Below, piece after piece: positions 38,278 to 59,016 of a stretch of DNA of 64,000 bases. This DNA is from Auanema rhodensis (lineage: Eukaryota; Animalia; Nematoda), in NCBI GenBank assembly GCA_964057225.1, contig OZ059898.1, forward strand, positions 6,200,001-6,264,000. The letters run 5' to 3'. Numbering within the stretch: position 1 is the stretch's first letter; each line of letters opens with the position of its first letter. The notes beneath the pieces were generated by a model that did not search any database, was not told the origin of the DNA, and was given only the letters and a program-made list of their open reading frames with translations. A program made the position numbers and the translations under genes.

Positions 38278-41200
38278 CACTGAAAAATAAATATGATCTT
38301 TTACAATATGATAAAGTTGAAAGATTTATAAGAAGAACTTGATCAGTGACAAATTGAGAAAATGGAAAAAAAGTACGTGGATCTATAGAAAACTATTAGA
38401 AGGACACATTTAAAGCGTAAAATGAACATAGAGAAAAAAGAATTCGTAATGATTTATAAAAGTTTCGAAACAGATGGATACGAATATATAGAAATGATTT
38501 CCTTTTATTCTTCTATCTTAGACTTTTTCTCTCTATCTCTCTGCTTCTCTCAACTTGTTCGGGAGCTAAGAAATGGAGAATGAAATTGGTACTGTTAATG
38601 GAGCTAAGAAAAAATCTTCACATGAGAATGGAGAGGACAGAGTATGGAAGTGACGAAAAGCGAAACAGAGAGAGGGTAAGATAAAGAGAGTGCAAAAGAT
38701 GTGAAAGACAGGTTCTCTGTAAGAACCAATCAGAGAGATGCTAACCAATTAGGCCAGTCATGAAGAGAGCGAAAAAGGGAAATATGATGAGAAATAAAAG
38801 TAGTGAAATGTAAAATGGAGAAGTATGGGTGGTAAGCAGGAAAGTAAACGAACAGTACTACGCTGATGAGCGTGCGTGTTTCCGTTAGACATTTAACGCC
38901 ACTAGTAGAAATGTAGGAGGAGACAACTTCAACATTAACGATGAGAGGTAATGAGAAGTCCAGAGATCAGTAAAAGCCACACCTGTTTCCATACAGCAAG
39001 AAGGTGGGAGGGGACATCTAATACTTGCTTTTTCTCTATCGTAAATACTATTTTTAAATCCGATTGCACATATTGCAACATTAATAATTTTAAAAAGAAC
39101 TATTCATAAGCCTTAATTGATACAGTGAAAATATAATAAATCATTGGAACTTGAACATTGTGTAGCCTTCATCGTCAACTGTCCGACAAAACATTAATTT
39201 CACGGCGAAGTTTCTCGAAACATGATAAGACAAGTGATTCTAAGTATTCTTGCTCATAAATAGAAGTAGCGAAAGTAAACATCTTCAAGATGTATACACA
39301 GACATGTACAAGCCAGAAATGTAAAAGAGAAGCTTACAATCATCCAATTTCTAACTACACCAGAAAAAAAAAGTTTTTTTCATCCTTATACCAGAATTCT
39401 TTTGCAGGAAAAAACAAATTTACTCAGATAATGATAAAGATCATCGGCCAAAGAAGAGAAATTAAATATAGTCGAGGAAAAAACAAGTTTTCCGGCTGAT
39501 CGCGTTTCACAGTCAGAAAATCATGGAACGTTGCCAAAAACGTCATCAGCATTTTGTAATAAGTATTCTAGACATATAACATCAATTTACAGCAATTTTA
39601 AACAGTTAGTTTATGCATAGAGAGAGAAATCTTCGAAAGATGTTCAAGGTTTTTCTTCCCCTTGAATGCTTCATTATAATATAAATATGTAATAATATGA
39701 ATAAGTGCAAGTTCATAACATAGGAAGACATCGAAAAAACATTAAATATTTCAGCGTTGATACAAGAAATTCCGTTTCCCATTGCTTAAATAAGAAAAAA
39801 AAAGTAAAAGTGAGTTCATAGAGCAATGTCCTACGAAACTTTAAAGACTTCTTATCAATTGATATTGAATAAGCCGTCGAAATAATGGTCAGTTTGATTA
39901 AAGAAGCAGAGAACAGGAGAATAACTCTTTCGAGCTAACAGACCATCTTCCGATTAGGAACTTTTCCTACTTGAAATACCGAATATTCGGAAGTATTTCG
40001 AAATCGACTCTTTAGGTCTTCGTTCTCTCTTTCTCTCCCTCTCAATCTCACACACAAACTTCCTTCCCATACACTCTTTACTCTTTTTATCTTTCTCTCT
40101 ATTTCCCATCGTCTTCGTCTCTTTCAATCTTTTATCCACCTTTTCTTTCATTCTGTTCCCTTTTGCTCCCACTTTTCCTATCCATTGTCTATCTTGAAGC
40201 TACAGAAAATGTATGATAAGTTGTTCTCTCTTAGTCAACTGTGGGGTTGTCAATGACAAAGAACCGCCAGAGGGAAAGAGACATTGCCGGAAGAGATAAA
40301 GCGAGAAGATGACGTCACCTTTTCTTTTCATCTTACGCTAGAGAATGACATAAATGGACATTTCTCAGCGAATGCATCTGTCGATTTGGGTGGCAAAAGA
40401 AAAAGCCATATCAGGAAAAAGAGTGATTAATTAATATAGTCAAAAAAAAACACAGAAGATAGACTATGAGGCACTATGTGATACATTGAAAACAATAGAA
40501 AAGAAGCAGATTTTTTTGAGTATAAAATGAGTTCGAGATCAGCAATTGAGCTTGAAAAATAAAAGTTCAATAAACATGTATTAATGTTAGGTGAAGAAGG
40601 AAGATTAATGCAAAGCCTGTTTTCACGTCATTAAGTCTAGATTAGTAGCTTAGGGTCATCAATGGAACTAGTCTCTTTCATTCTTCATTTTCACTGTCCC
40701 AACTGCCAAAGCATTCCGAATCATTGAAACAAATATTGTGTAATGAGAGATGATAATGATGACGATGCATAAGTAAACTACAATCAGAAATAATGATCAG
40801 GAGTCAAGGTGACGCCAAATAATGAAAGCTTTCTTGATACCGCGAACATACTTAGCTTTTGAGAGGGGACACAACTCTCTTAATCTTTCACACGTTATCA
40901 TTTTGAACGTTCTGTGATGTGTATCTGATAAAATTATCATTGAATCCAAAATTAAGTTCGACATTTTAAGATAATAAAACAACGTATTGGTGGATTCGGG
41001 GTTAGAATCAATTCACGTTATCACATTCATTCGATGATTGGCATGTTTCATGTACATACTTCCGTATCAAAAGTGGACAATCTCTCATCACACTAATTGA
41101 AAACACACTTCAATATGAAAAATGATTAAAGAAAAAAAATTACAGCTGTTGGAAGTCTTCCAACGCCAAAAAACGTGCAACCGGTCATTGAGACGATTAT

Positions 41201-43163
41201 TAGCTTCGTTGACCAGAAATGGATCGAAAGTAAGATTCTATTCTTATCAAACCATTAGCTAGACATACATATTTATAATCGTAGCGCATGAAAATGGACA
41301 CGAATTTTCAGTAGTGTTTGACCAATTGGTCAGATTAGTCATCATTTGATCTGATATAACACATACAGATATGAACAAAAATCAACGAATGAAGAAATTA
41401 GAAGCTTCAAAGAAATATCTACAATAACGTAAAATGAAAAGTCTTGACACTAAAAATCATATAATGAAAAAAGCGGTCGTCTTTCTTGTTATGTGAAAGA
41501 AAAGATGGTGGCTTTGAAATGATATGGCAAATTGAACATTGGGGTCAAAGAATATATTTCACAGCTATAATCTTCGGTTCATCATCGAAAGGCAATTGTA
41601 TTGAGCAATGAAGTTAAATTTATATCTTCAATATTTGATGGATTACAGGAAACGCATGCTGTTCTACAATGAACAGGCAGAAACACATAGAATATTAAAT
41701 GTAAATAGGATGAACATTTGCTGTGAAGCATAATCAAACTGTTATAACGAATTAAAAATGCTGCATGTACTTGGCACACCAAATATTCATGACTTCACAA
41801 GTATCTGCAAAATATACTTGAATTTAAAGTATTTCAAGAATATATAGTCAGATTTGCGAGTTAACATGAGTTGATTCAAAGAAAATTAGATATACTCATA
41901 AATAGCAAGCACAACTATGGGCAAGATATCCAAAGGAAATGAAGCTACTTGTCTACATTACGTGCATAAAATGAAATGCGCATATATGTATAAGATATGA
42001 AGAAATAGAAATAGAAGGCACATGAACCTAAGTTGGGGAATCAGAGAATCACAAAAAAACCAAAACGATTTCGTCAGCGGCTGAATATCCAATAATCTAT
42101 TTTCATTTTCAAAGCATTCCCGATAGACGTAAATGATATGTCATATATTATCAAGGTGTTCTCTGATAAGAAAGTGTGAAAGTAAACTAGTCAATTTTCT
42201 AGAAAATATGCTGATAAACCATGTGGCCAAACAGCCCTGAATGATAATAAAGAACATTTGGAATTTGTTTCGTACTTTTAATTTTAACAAGTTAAAAAAC
42301 AATATATAAAGATAAATAAAAAATGTAAACAATTACAAATCTAGACAAACACAAAACCTTCTAGATATGCAAAAAATATTTGCGTTCAACGAAGAAAACG
42401 ATTGTCAAGTCTAGGTACAACTGAGAAGGAGCAAAAGTCAAAAGTAAATACTAAAGATAGTATGTTGAAGTTCGGAATTTTATTAACTGAGCGCATGACA
42501 AGTGGAACTATTTTGACAGAATAGAAATCATGAACTACTTACAGATTTCATTACTTACACAAAAAAAGAAAAGAAAAGTTCAAAAGTTAAATTCTTTAGT
42601 ATGTAATCTTTTGTTTTTATGTCTATAATATTACGATAAAATTAAAATTCAAATCGAAAAAAATGCTGTTTCAGTTTTCTTTTCTATTGCCACAAAATTT
42701 CAATTACAAGAAGCATGCTAATAAGCATGAAAGAGGATATGCTGCCAAATGACATGTTATATGTCCATTTGAATCCTCTAATTAATTCAGAAGAGGTATA
42801 TCTGTGTATAGAAAAGATTCATTCGAAATATTTAAGCTCATGACTGACATGAATCGAAGACTCAAAGATAATGAAGAGAAAGAAGTGTTTTAAAAGCAAC
42901 AGAATCTAATAATAAATATGGAACTAATAAAATCAGCATAACATAGTCATTGTAATAATCAAATAAATGAACCATGTTTCTTAGTGTTTAAAAACTTCAT
43001 ATAGGGGCACAAATATAAATAAAAAAAACTCATGACATATAACAATTTTGATACATTGAGATCGATTAAAAAATGAATAAAAAGATTGGTGCATGGGAAT
43101 GGAAATGCATAAGGTAGAACTACATATATGTATATATATATTTATATTTATATATACATATAC

Positions 43164-43211
<48 letters not shown>
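43164..43211. repeat. Compound (TA)n(GA)n microsatellite
   Basis: About 11 TA units directly followed by 12 GA units, with degenerate TA repeats from ~43123. Confidence 0.95.
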
Positions 43212-44404
43212 TAGGTTAATACGCCTACTTATGCTATGTATAAATAGAAACAACCGATCTGAATGAAGTTAAGAATTAAATAAAAATACAAAAAACGATT
43301 AATAAACAAGCGATGAACAAAATACATTTAAAAATTTTAAAATGATGACATATATGTGTATATAAGACGACAAGGCATTCTCATAAGTCAAAAATAGCAA
43401 ACTAGTTGATTCGAACACATCCGCCTGAACTGTTTCAGTAAAACGTAACCAAGATAAGGGTTAAACCTTTATACGGTCAATGGTGACCTCAAGAGCCGTT
43501 TTCAATCAAGAGAAAATAAGTTCGTCCTTCAATATCTGTACCATTTTTCAACGTAAAACTGTATAGACGTCATCAATTACTAGTCAAAGAATTAAAATGC
43601 TTTCATGTTAATTGCATACAAGTAATTTAAAACTATGAAACAATGAGGTCAAGAAAAAGATTACAAGTATGTGATGGCCTCAATGAAAAAGTAGAAATAT
43701 TCTATCAATCAAATAGGTAAAATAGCTACACTACTATATTACCCTGAAAAAAATAAATGTCTTCCTTATTCCCACACCTTCTAAGGAAAATGTGTCAAAC
43801 TAATAATTTTTTCACACGTTAAAAGTATACATAGATCATACATAATTCAAATATGTTCACATTTTCCTAAGATTATCGATTAACTATAAATATTTTTAGG
43901 TAAATAAATTAATAGGAATATTTGATTACATCAAATGTTTCTATTAAAATCAGCAAGTCATATATAATTAGAATAATAATAAATGAAACAAATATAATTA
44001 ATTTTAATTCGTTATATAGGATCAAAGGTATAGCAGTTTTTGCGAAGAGAGTTGACATGTAATTTTATCAAACTAGTAAATCGTTGATCTCTACTGCTTA
44101 AATATGCGAATTTTAAGATCATATTGCTGGTTAAATTATATCTTGACCCTTATAAATACAAGTTTTTTATATTCTTTGTTATATAGTCTCTTAATATCTT
44201 TCCTTAATTCTCAACAAACTTATGTAATAAGTCTTTAGTTTAACCATAGCAAAAATTTGAATTGTTTTTTTGAACATTCAACAAAAAACAAAATATTTCA
44301 AATTTTTATTCTTATACTCATTTCTAAAATATAAAAAATATATAAATTTTATTATTATATTACAGTTTTAAAAGTATTCTGAATGTTTTTATTATTTAAA
44401 ATTC

Positions 44405-45237
44405 TCATTGAATTCCATGTTTCTTCACTCGAAGATATGTCATTAAGAAAAGAATTCCAGTGATCAAGGATACAACCTAAGAATAATATGTGTACACATA
44501 ACTACTTAGGAAATACTTACTGATACGATAATAATTTTCCTCATCCAACCATCTTTTCCGATTGTTCTAGGTGGAGCTCTACTATGATGACTAGTTTGAT
44601 TATTTTTCATTGCAAACCAATCCCATGTTAGAATAGCAATAGCTATAAAACACAACACAGAGGCAATTATGTTCCATAACTTCTCCTGTAATAGACATTT
44701 GAATAATTCTCCTTCATTTCCAAGTTTATACATATACTATTTTAGAAAAGTAAGGTTTTCTGCAATGGTCAGATTTGTTTATTTGTCAGTTGTGCTCAGC
44801 TGCCCAATGAACATGTGGTGAACAGAGTTTACTACCCGAACCACAATCGATTTGATCGAAGATAAAGAAAACAAATGTGAGCATAAGTTTTGAAAATGAA
44901 GCATGTTTTGAATAAATTGAGCATTATGCAGTAAATATATATAAAGAAATGAAAGATTACCACAGTTAACCATGGGATTCCTTTCGAAGATTTGGGTACT
45001 TCGAAATAGTGAAGAACTAGTAGAATGAAATCAGTAATAGCGAATAAGAATGCTCCAACGAAAATAATATTATAAAATTTCCACTGTTCGCGACCATCCA
45101 AGAAAAACACGATAATTAAAAGAAGTGACACCTAAAAAAATATTTAAGTTATGTTGTTTATATATAAGGATAAGCACAATCTGTGACAGTTTGAGAACTG
45201 GAAGTGGTGACAGAAGCCATCCAAGAGAATGAGCCAT
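44405..45237 (-). CDS. Small four-TM MARVEL-like membrane protein; probable third gene of the rps-22 operon
   Basis: MAHSLGWLLSPLPVLKLSQI|VSLLLIIVFF...IPWLTV|EKLWNIIASVLCFIAIAILTW...|VVSLITGILFLMTYLRVKKHGIQ*. Four hydrophobic segments. Confidence 0.7.
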
Positions 45238-45439
45238 CGCTGATGATATTTGTGTCCAAGGAATAAAGACCTGGGATTCGCCTAACAGCTCAAAGAAGTC
45301 AGCTGTGGTACCGCCCATAGAATAAAGAAACATAAAAGAAAAAGAAGGATTGGTTGTAAAACTTTATTTAATACAACGAGTAAGATATGTATATTACAGA
45401 GATCATCAAAAATCAAAAACATGCATCAAAACTTCACTA

Positions 45440-48634
<3,195 letters not shown>

Positions 48635-49181
48635 CTTCCCAAAGTTTGCTGCAAATTTATGAATCTCGAATTTATATACATATTTTTTAAAAACATTTCA
48701 AGATAATCGACATAGTATAACAAAAATACATTAAAAATATTATTTGTGATAGACATAGAAGAATACAACTAATCCCAAAAAATATGAATGCTCTCTGTTT
48801 AGGTCTTTAGGTATTGGTTGAAATGGACTTGACAACTATTTGGCTGAGAACAGTGAAACGTCAAATACTCAGTTTTGCATTAGAGCGCACTTCAAGCTAT
48901 GTTAATATTGGTCAACGAAAATGCTTAATTCATTATTGTGTTGTACTTTTCTGTTTCTTTCTTTACATATTTTTCTTTTAATTTAAATGGTGTTAATAAT
49001 GTTTTTAATACTATTCAGTTATAGTGAAAGTTATGAGGAGAGATTTTTTATAATTTTGAGTTTGTTATGTATGTCTTTGTTAGATAATTACCATAGCTAC
49101 CAATATATGTTATTTTCTGACATTGATAAAAAGAAACTCGTATTTAAATAATTTTTTCTTTTATATAAATATTTCTTGTAG

Positions 49182-50785
<1,604 letters not shown>

Positions 50786-51248
50786 AATGAACTGTCTCCA
50801 TGCTTAGTGGAGGTCCACATGACAAGGCTGTATTTCTTGTACAATATTATTTGCTTTTTCTATTCCAATTTATCATTTTCACATATCTTTGCTGATCTTT
50901 TGGTGATTCCGGAATTCTTTGTGATTTTTCAAGACCGTGTGACTTTATATTTTTTGCAACTGTAGGTTTTTAGTTTAGGCTGAAAAAAATCGATTTTTTT
51001 ATAGTTGGAATAGATAGCTTTAATCGACTTAATTTGAACCATGACATGTAAATCCATCATAATCTGCAATTAACGTAATAAGAAAAATCGAATGTTTTTT
51101 ATTCCGTACTTCACGGCTGTTTAAGATAGTGATTTAATAAATTTTAGATTTTTATAATGTTTTATAATTATTTTCAATTGGTTAATAGTCTTAATAATAT
51201 GAAAGCCTTATCGTTGAAACGAAGTGGAGGTTCGTTCGCTCGCCATAT

Positions 51249-51284
51249 TTTCCCGCGCTTTGTCGTATCTTAAATTTTGGCGCG
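51249..51284 (+). promoter_or_regulatory. Paired E2F-type sites upstream of mcm-5
   Basis: TTTCCCGCG (51249-51257) and TTTTGGCGCG (51275-51284) match the E2F consensus TTTSSCGC, ~240-270 bp before the ATG of an MCM gene. Confidence 0.7.
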
Positions 51285-51520
51285 TGAAACACTAATTCAA
51301 TTCTAAAATGAAACTCATGAATGCATCTTATTACAGTGTAATATTATGCGTTTGTTATTTTCTTATGAAATGTTGTTTTGTTACTGAGTACTATTTGATC
51401 TAGGATACTATTAAGTACGGTGTACTTCCAAGTATATATGTCAAGTTTTCGTTTTGAAATATTTTCTTTATTTTTCTTAATTGTTTTCACTGAACATCAA
51501 GCTTTCAGAACTAAGTAACC

Positions 51521-54387
<2,867 letters not shown>

Positions 54388-54593
54388 CCCAATTGTGCTG
54401 ATTCATTCATTAACCAACTTGTATCTTATGCTGGATCTCAATTCACACCTATCCTATAGATATTCACAATTTTTTTATCAAGTTTTATGCAGGACAACTT
54501 GAACATAGAGAATAAACCGTATTTCAATCAAACATTACTGGCTAGATGCAATAACACAGCTAAATTGAACTAATATGTACAATCCATTTAACA

Positions 54594-57500
54594 TTATTGG
54601 AAGGGATTTGTTGAGCCAGGAGCTTGAGAAGGTTGCTGTGGTTGTGCAGGTTGGAAGTTCGGTTGTGCAGGTTGGAAGTTTGGTTGTCCGGGGAAAGGCT
54701 GCGACATTGGGAACTGGCCATACTGCCCGGCGAAAGCTCCAGGGAAGGTCATGTATGGGTTACCATAATTTGGCTGGTATTGAGGCTGATAAAAAGGTTG
54801 TGGCTGACCTAAAGAATTCATTAATATTTTATGTATATTGCTATGGAAAACACATATGTTAGGCAACACAAACCGTATGGGAAATGCTGCTGAAAATATG
54901 GTGGCTGTTGTGGCATAGGTGGCATTACTGTGTTAGGTTGTGCTGGTACAGCAGGACTCGATACTACGCCTAAGTTAATTTTTTCTTCTAACTTTATATA
55001 TATTTATAGTTAAGTATAAGGACGACGTGACAACATTTATGTAACTAACCTTGCAAACTTTGCTCACGTGGGGGAGCTACAGGACCAGATGATTCAGAAG
55101 CCTTTGGTGGAGGTGGTCTAGGAGGTGGAACAACTCCTGATGAATCTAAATAAAAATTGAATAAATTTAAGACTTAGACAACATACTAGCACCGGATACT
55201 ATGTTTTGTTGAACTTGCTTCATTAAATCTTCCTTTTCCGTTTGTCTTGCAAACACAAAATCAGTAACTTTTTGTTGAAGTCGCATAAGAATTGGAGTTA
55301 AGTCATTATAAAACTGAAGAACACAATAACGATAATGAAATTTCGTACAATACACGTACCTTAGTTCCTTCCTCCAAATTCGATTTTAATTCATTAAAAG
55401 CATCAAATGCGGTAGCCAGTTGTTTGAGGATCAACTCACGTTCCGCACCATTCGCACTACCACTTTTTTCAGAACTTAGCTTATTATTCCATGTCTTAAG
55501 ATAAAACATGGTTCATTTCAGTTTCAACTCCATCCAACTAGAGACGTACCTCAACTTCTGCTAAAACGTGCTCTTGTTCCTTGATACTGCTATTTACACG
55601 CTCTTTGATAGGTCCAAAAATTTGAGAGATTTTTTCTTTTGATATCGCCTCCTCACTTAATAACTGACTATCATTTAGTGCTTTTAGGAAGTCGCTAGCT
55701 ATGTTGCAATCAGTTGATTTAAGGTCCTGAAACCATACATTGATATAATGGTTTTTGATATTTGTTAACCTTTTCAATGCTTTCACGATCGTTTTTGATT
55801 TTTTGTACTTGTTCCATAAGATTACGTAATTGTTTAACAGCTTCGGATGAAGCATGCTTATTACCAGAGTCTTGTCCAGGGATAGAAGCCTTGAGTTCCG
55901 GCTAAAATTTAATTTTATTAAATTTATGCTAAGATCTTAACTTACCTCATTTTTACTCAACATTTCGATAGCATTTTTGTTAAGATTGAATTTCTCTCTT
56001 ACTATCGCATCAGCATTAGAAGCAGTGTGCATGATACCTCGGTATTTCCCAACTTCCTAATATGTATTTACTTTATTGGAATTTGACTATAAGGCAAACC
56101 TGTATCAAAGGAGCAGTTAGTTGATCACTGCTCATTCGAGACCATTTTGTTCCGAATTGGCGACGAAGATTATCGTCGCTTTCTTTTTCTTCCGTGAGCA
56201 ATCTACTAGTCTAAAATTTATGTAAGATAACACAAACGTTGAAGAACCAACTTCATCCAAAATTTCTTGATTACGTTTATATGATAAAGGCAACTCATTG
56301 AACAACCGAAGCAATTCTTCGTGACCTCCAGATAATTTGACCTAAACAAAACTCTTTAAATTTTTTCCTCATTATAATTACCGACCTTGCTAGATTTCTG
56401 CTTGATTGATTCAGGAAGAGTTTCGGAACTAATCATATCATCAAGAGCAGCGGGAAGATTCAAAGAAGCAAGGATGCTAAACAAGTTTAGTTCAAACAAT
56501 GATTCATACAAAAACAAAAGTACCCATTCATAATTTGTGTATGCTCACGTAACCGTCCTGATTCCATATTTACAACTTCCCCTTTCCTTCCTTGATAGGA
56601 TTGCAATGCATTCAGAACTTGAACGGGAACAAGGTTTGCAAACATATCTAGGAATAAAAAGTTTAAGTAAATTAGTTTAAAGTAGAAACTAACCTTTGAA
56701 ACGAGGGTACAAAGGATGTGTTACGGATAAAGCTTTAGCTAATGCGGCTTTTGAAACCGCGGGCAACATTTTAAAATCGACCACTTTATCATGGTACTAG
56801 AAAAAACAAATTTCGAAAATAAAGTCAAAAAAATCTCACAATAAGATCATTGTCCTTTTTGGCAGCATCTAACGTTTTTTGTACATTATTCAAAATGCCT
56901 TCAATAAATTCAGAAAGTATATACCTGCAAGAAAACTGCATAATTCAAATTTAGGTTTATAGTAATTACTTTTTTGCTGTTTGAATCAATCTTGTAGCTT
57001 CGGAAAGTCTGGATATTTGAGTTCCAATTTTATTTTCTTCTCTATCAACAGCGCTCTGATGATATTGGGCAATGGCTTGATACGCGATAGATTTACCATT
57101 AGCTATTTGAGTCCAGTCCTTAATTTAAAATAAGATCATGATAAAATATGTAAAATACCTTCTCCCACATTCCTCGAACAGCATCCTTAGACAAAGCCTT
57201 ATAGGCATCACTGTACAATTCACCAGTTTGAGCGGCAATTTTGGCTAAAGCTCCTGGCTTCATATTATCTGAAGATTACAAGCCAAGTTATAGAATATTA
57301 TGCTTATTATACCTTTATATGCTTTAATATAAATACATTCTTGAGCTTGAGCAACGAGTAATGGAATGAAACAAGTAAGAGCCTCAGGGCAAAGATCAGG
57401 AGTAGGATCTTGCTGTACCAAACTGAATATAGTATCACGTAGATGTGTGAAAACTCCTAAAAATAGCGAAGAATGAATTATATTTTTCTAGTTCATGCCT

Positions 57501-58130
57501 GCTCCTTGTTGAAACAATTTCGCAGCTGTTTTCATTTCTTCATCGGAATTCATTGGTTGATCAGAAGCAACTTGTGAATAGAGAGCTCCGCAATTAAATA
57601 GAACACAGCCACGTTCGAAAGCACCGTCAGCTATGGATAGAGAAGCCTATAAGATCAAACAAAAAGATATAAGCTTTTTTTGAACAAATTAGTAAACCTA
57701 CCCCTTTACTAAATAATCCACTTTTACTGAAAGCATCTCTCCATTTGAAGACCACTGGATTTTGGGTAGGGTTGATAATAATTTTATTTTCAATGGCAAC
57801 AAGCTGATCATAATATCTTAAAAATGAAATTTCAAAAAAAATGTTATGATATGAAAATACCTAGTTATTATATCTAAGCCAGATTGATGTCTGTCCAAGG
57901 CTTGACATACTGCGCGAGTTCGGAGTTTGTTCAATTCCTGCAACACAATAAAAGAAACTTGACATTTTACTTACTTAATTATGTTAAAATACCTGTACAG
58001 CTTCAGCAATTTCGGGTTTGTTGTCATCGTTAGTGTTATATACAGAATCGATGTATGAAGTCAAAGGTTGCACAAGGTCAACTTCATTTGTAGTTTTTAA
58101 CGGTATTGCAAGAAAATTGAATTTAGACAT
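54594..58130 (-). CDS. alx-1: ALIX/Bro1 ESCRT-associated protein
   Basis: MSKFNFLAIPLKTTNEVDL, Bro1 motifs (FKWRDAF, FERGCVLFN, KKDNDLIYH), V domain (LEEGTKFYNDLT), Pro/Gln-rich tail ending STNPFQ*. Confidence 0.93.
54640..54687 (-). repeat. Coding tandem repeat (21 bp unit, QPNFQPA) in the alx-1 tail
   Basis: GGTTGTGCAGGTTGGAAGTT occurs twice in tandem, followed by a partial copy. Confidence 0.85.
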
Positions 58131-59016
58131 ATCTGAAATATCTAATACTACTATATCTATAGCAAAATTAAAATAAAATATTTAAAAAAATGAAACATAG
58201 GAATGCAAAGTTCAAGAAAATTTGATATGCTTTCAGATACAGGTTGAAAAAGAAATGAATCATAGCCAATACCAAACCCCGCCCATAAAACCATGCGCCT
58301 TTACGCTACTCTAGGTCCCCAACGTGGAAGGTCATAGTTATTTACAGTTAGAAGATTATTCGGCACTGATTAATTGAATCCGGCTAACCTCCGTCGTTTT
58401 ACTATTTATAAACAAAAGTTATGATTTATTGATATGTTTATCATATAATTGCTATGGTAGTAGATATTTCCTACTTTAACCTCATTCTTGAATATTGAAT
58501 TCAGATTTTTCGACTGAACGATAAAATAATTTAATATTTGATTATATTAATAAATACAGTTCTTTTTATTATAAAATATTATGAAACTTCTAAAAAAAAT
58601 GAATGAACGGGAATTAATGAAATGAATGTTTTATAATATGTCAGTTTACGTCATTTATCTTATCACTCTTTGTTTAAATGTTTTCTACAATATGCTGAGT
58701 CAACTGAACTTGAGTCATTTTGTAAACGTCGTCTTTTATATTAGGGTAGTTAGAATATTATTTTAAAAATAAGAATCTACTCGAGGCATTCTTGCATATT
58801 TTGGCTAAATGAAACCGGTTGGTAGTTATGTATTTTCAATGTTTCGATGAGTCAATATTTCACTTCACGTTATAAATCGAACAACCTCGTATCGATCAAC
58901 CAAGTTCTGATTTTGTTTTTCTCAAAAAAATCTTTATCATTCTTTCTTTTACTTCTCCAAATAAATTTATTGGTTATTGATTAATTTTTAATTTTTTTCA
59001 ACGAGGAAATTCTTAT

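Noticed and set aside
38862-38885. CTGATGAG as a hammerhead ribozyme core
   Set aside because: No GAAA after a stem II; it is just a short ACGCT/AGCGT palindrome.
38300-44400. Short ORFs in the long intergenic region, and antisense ORFs over known genes elsewhere
   Set aside because: Low-complexity F/L/I/K-rich translations of AT-rich or GA-repeat DNA, with no splice-consistent structure or motifs.
50974-50980. Isolated TTAGGC hexamers as telomere-addition or DNA-elimination sites
   Set aside because: Single hexamers are expected by chance; no arrays or conserved break motif seen.
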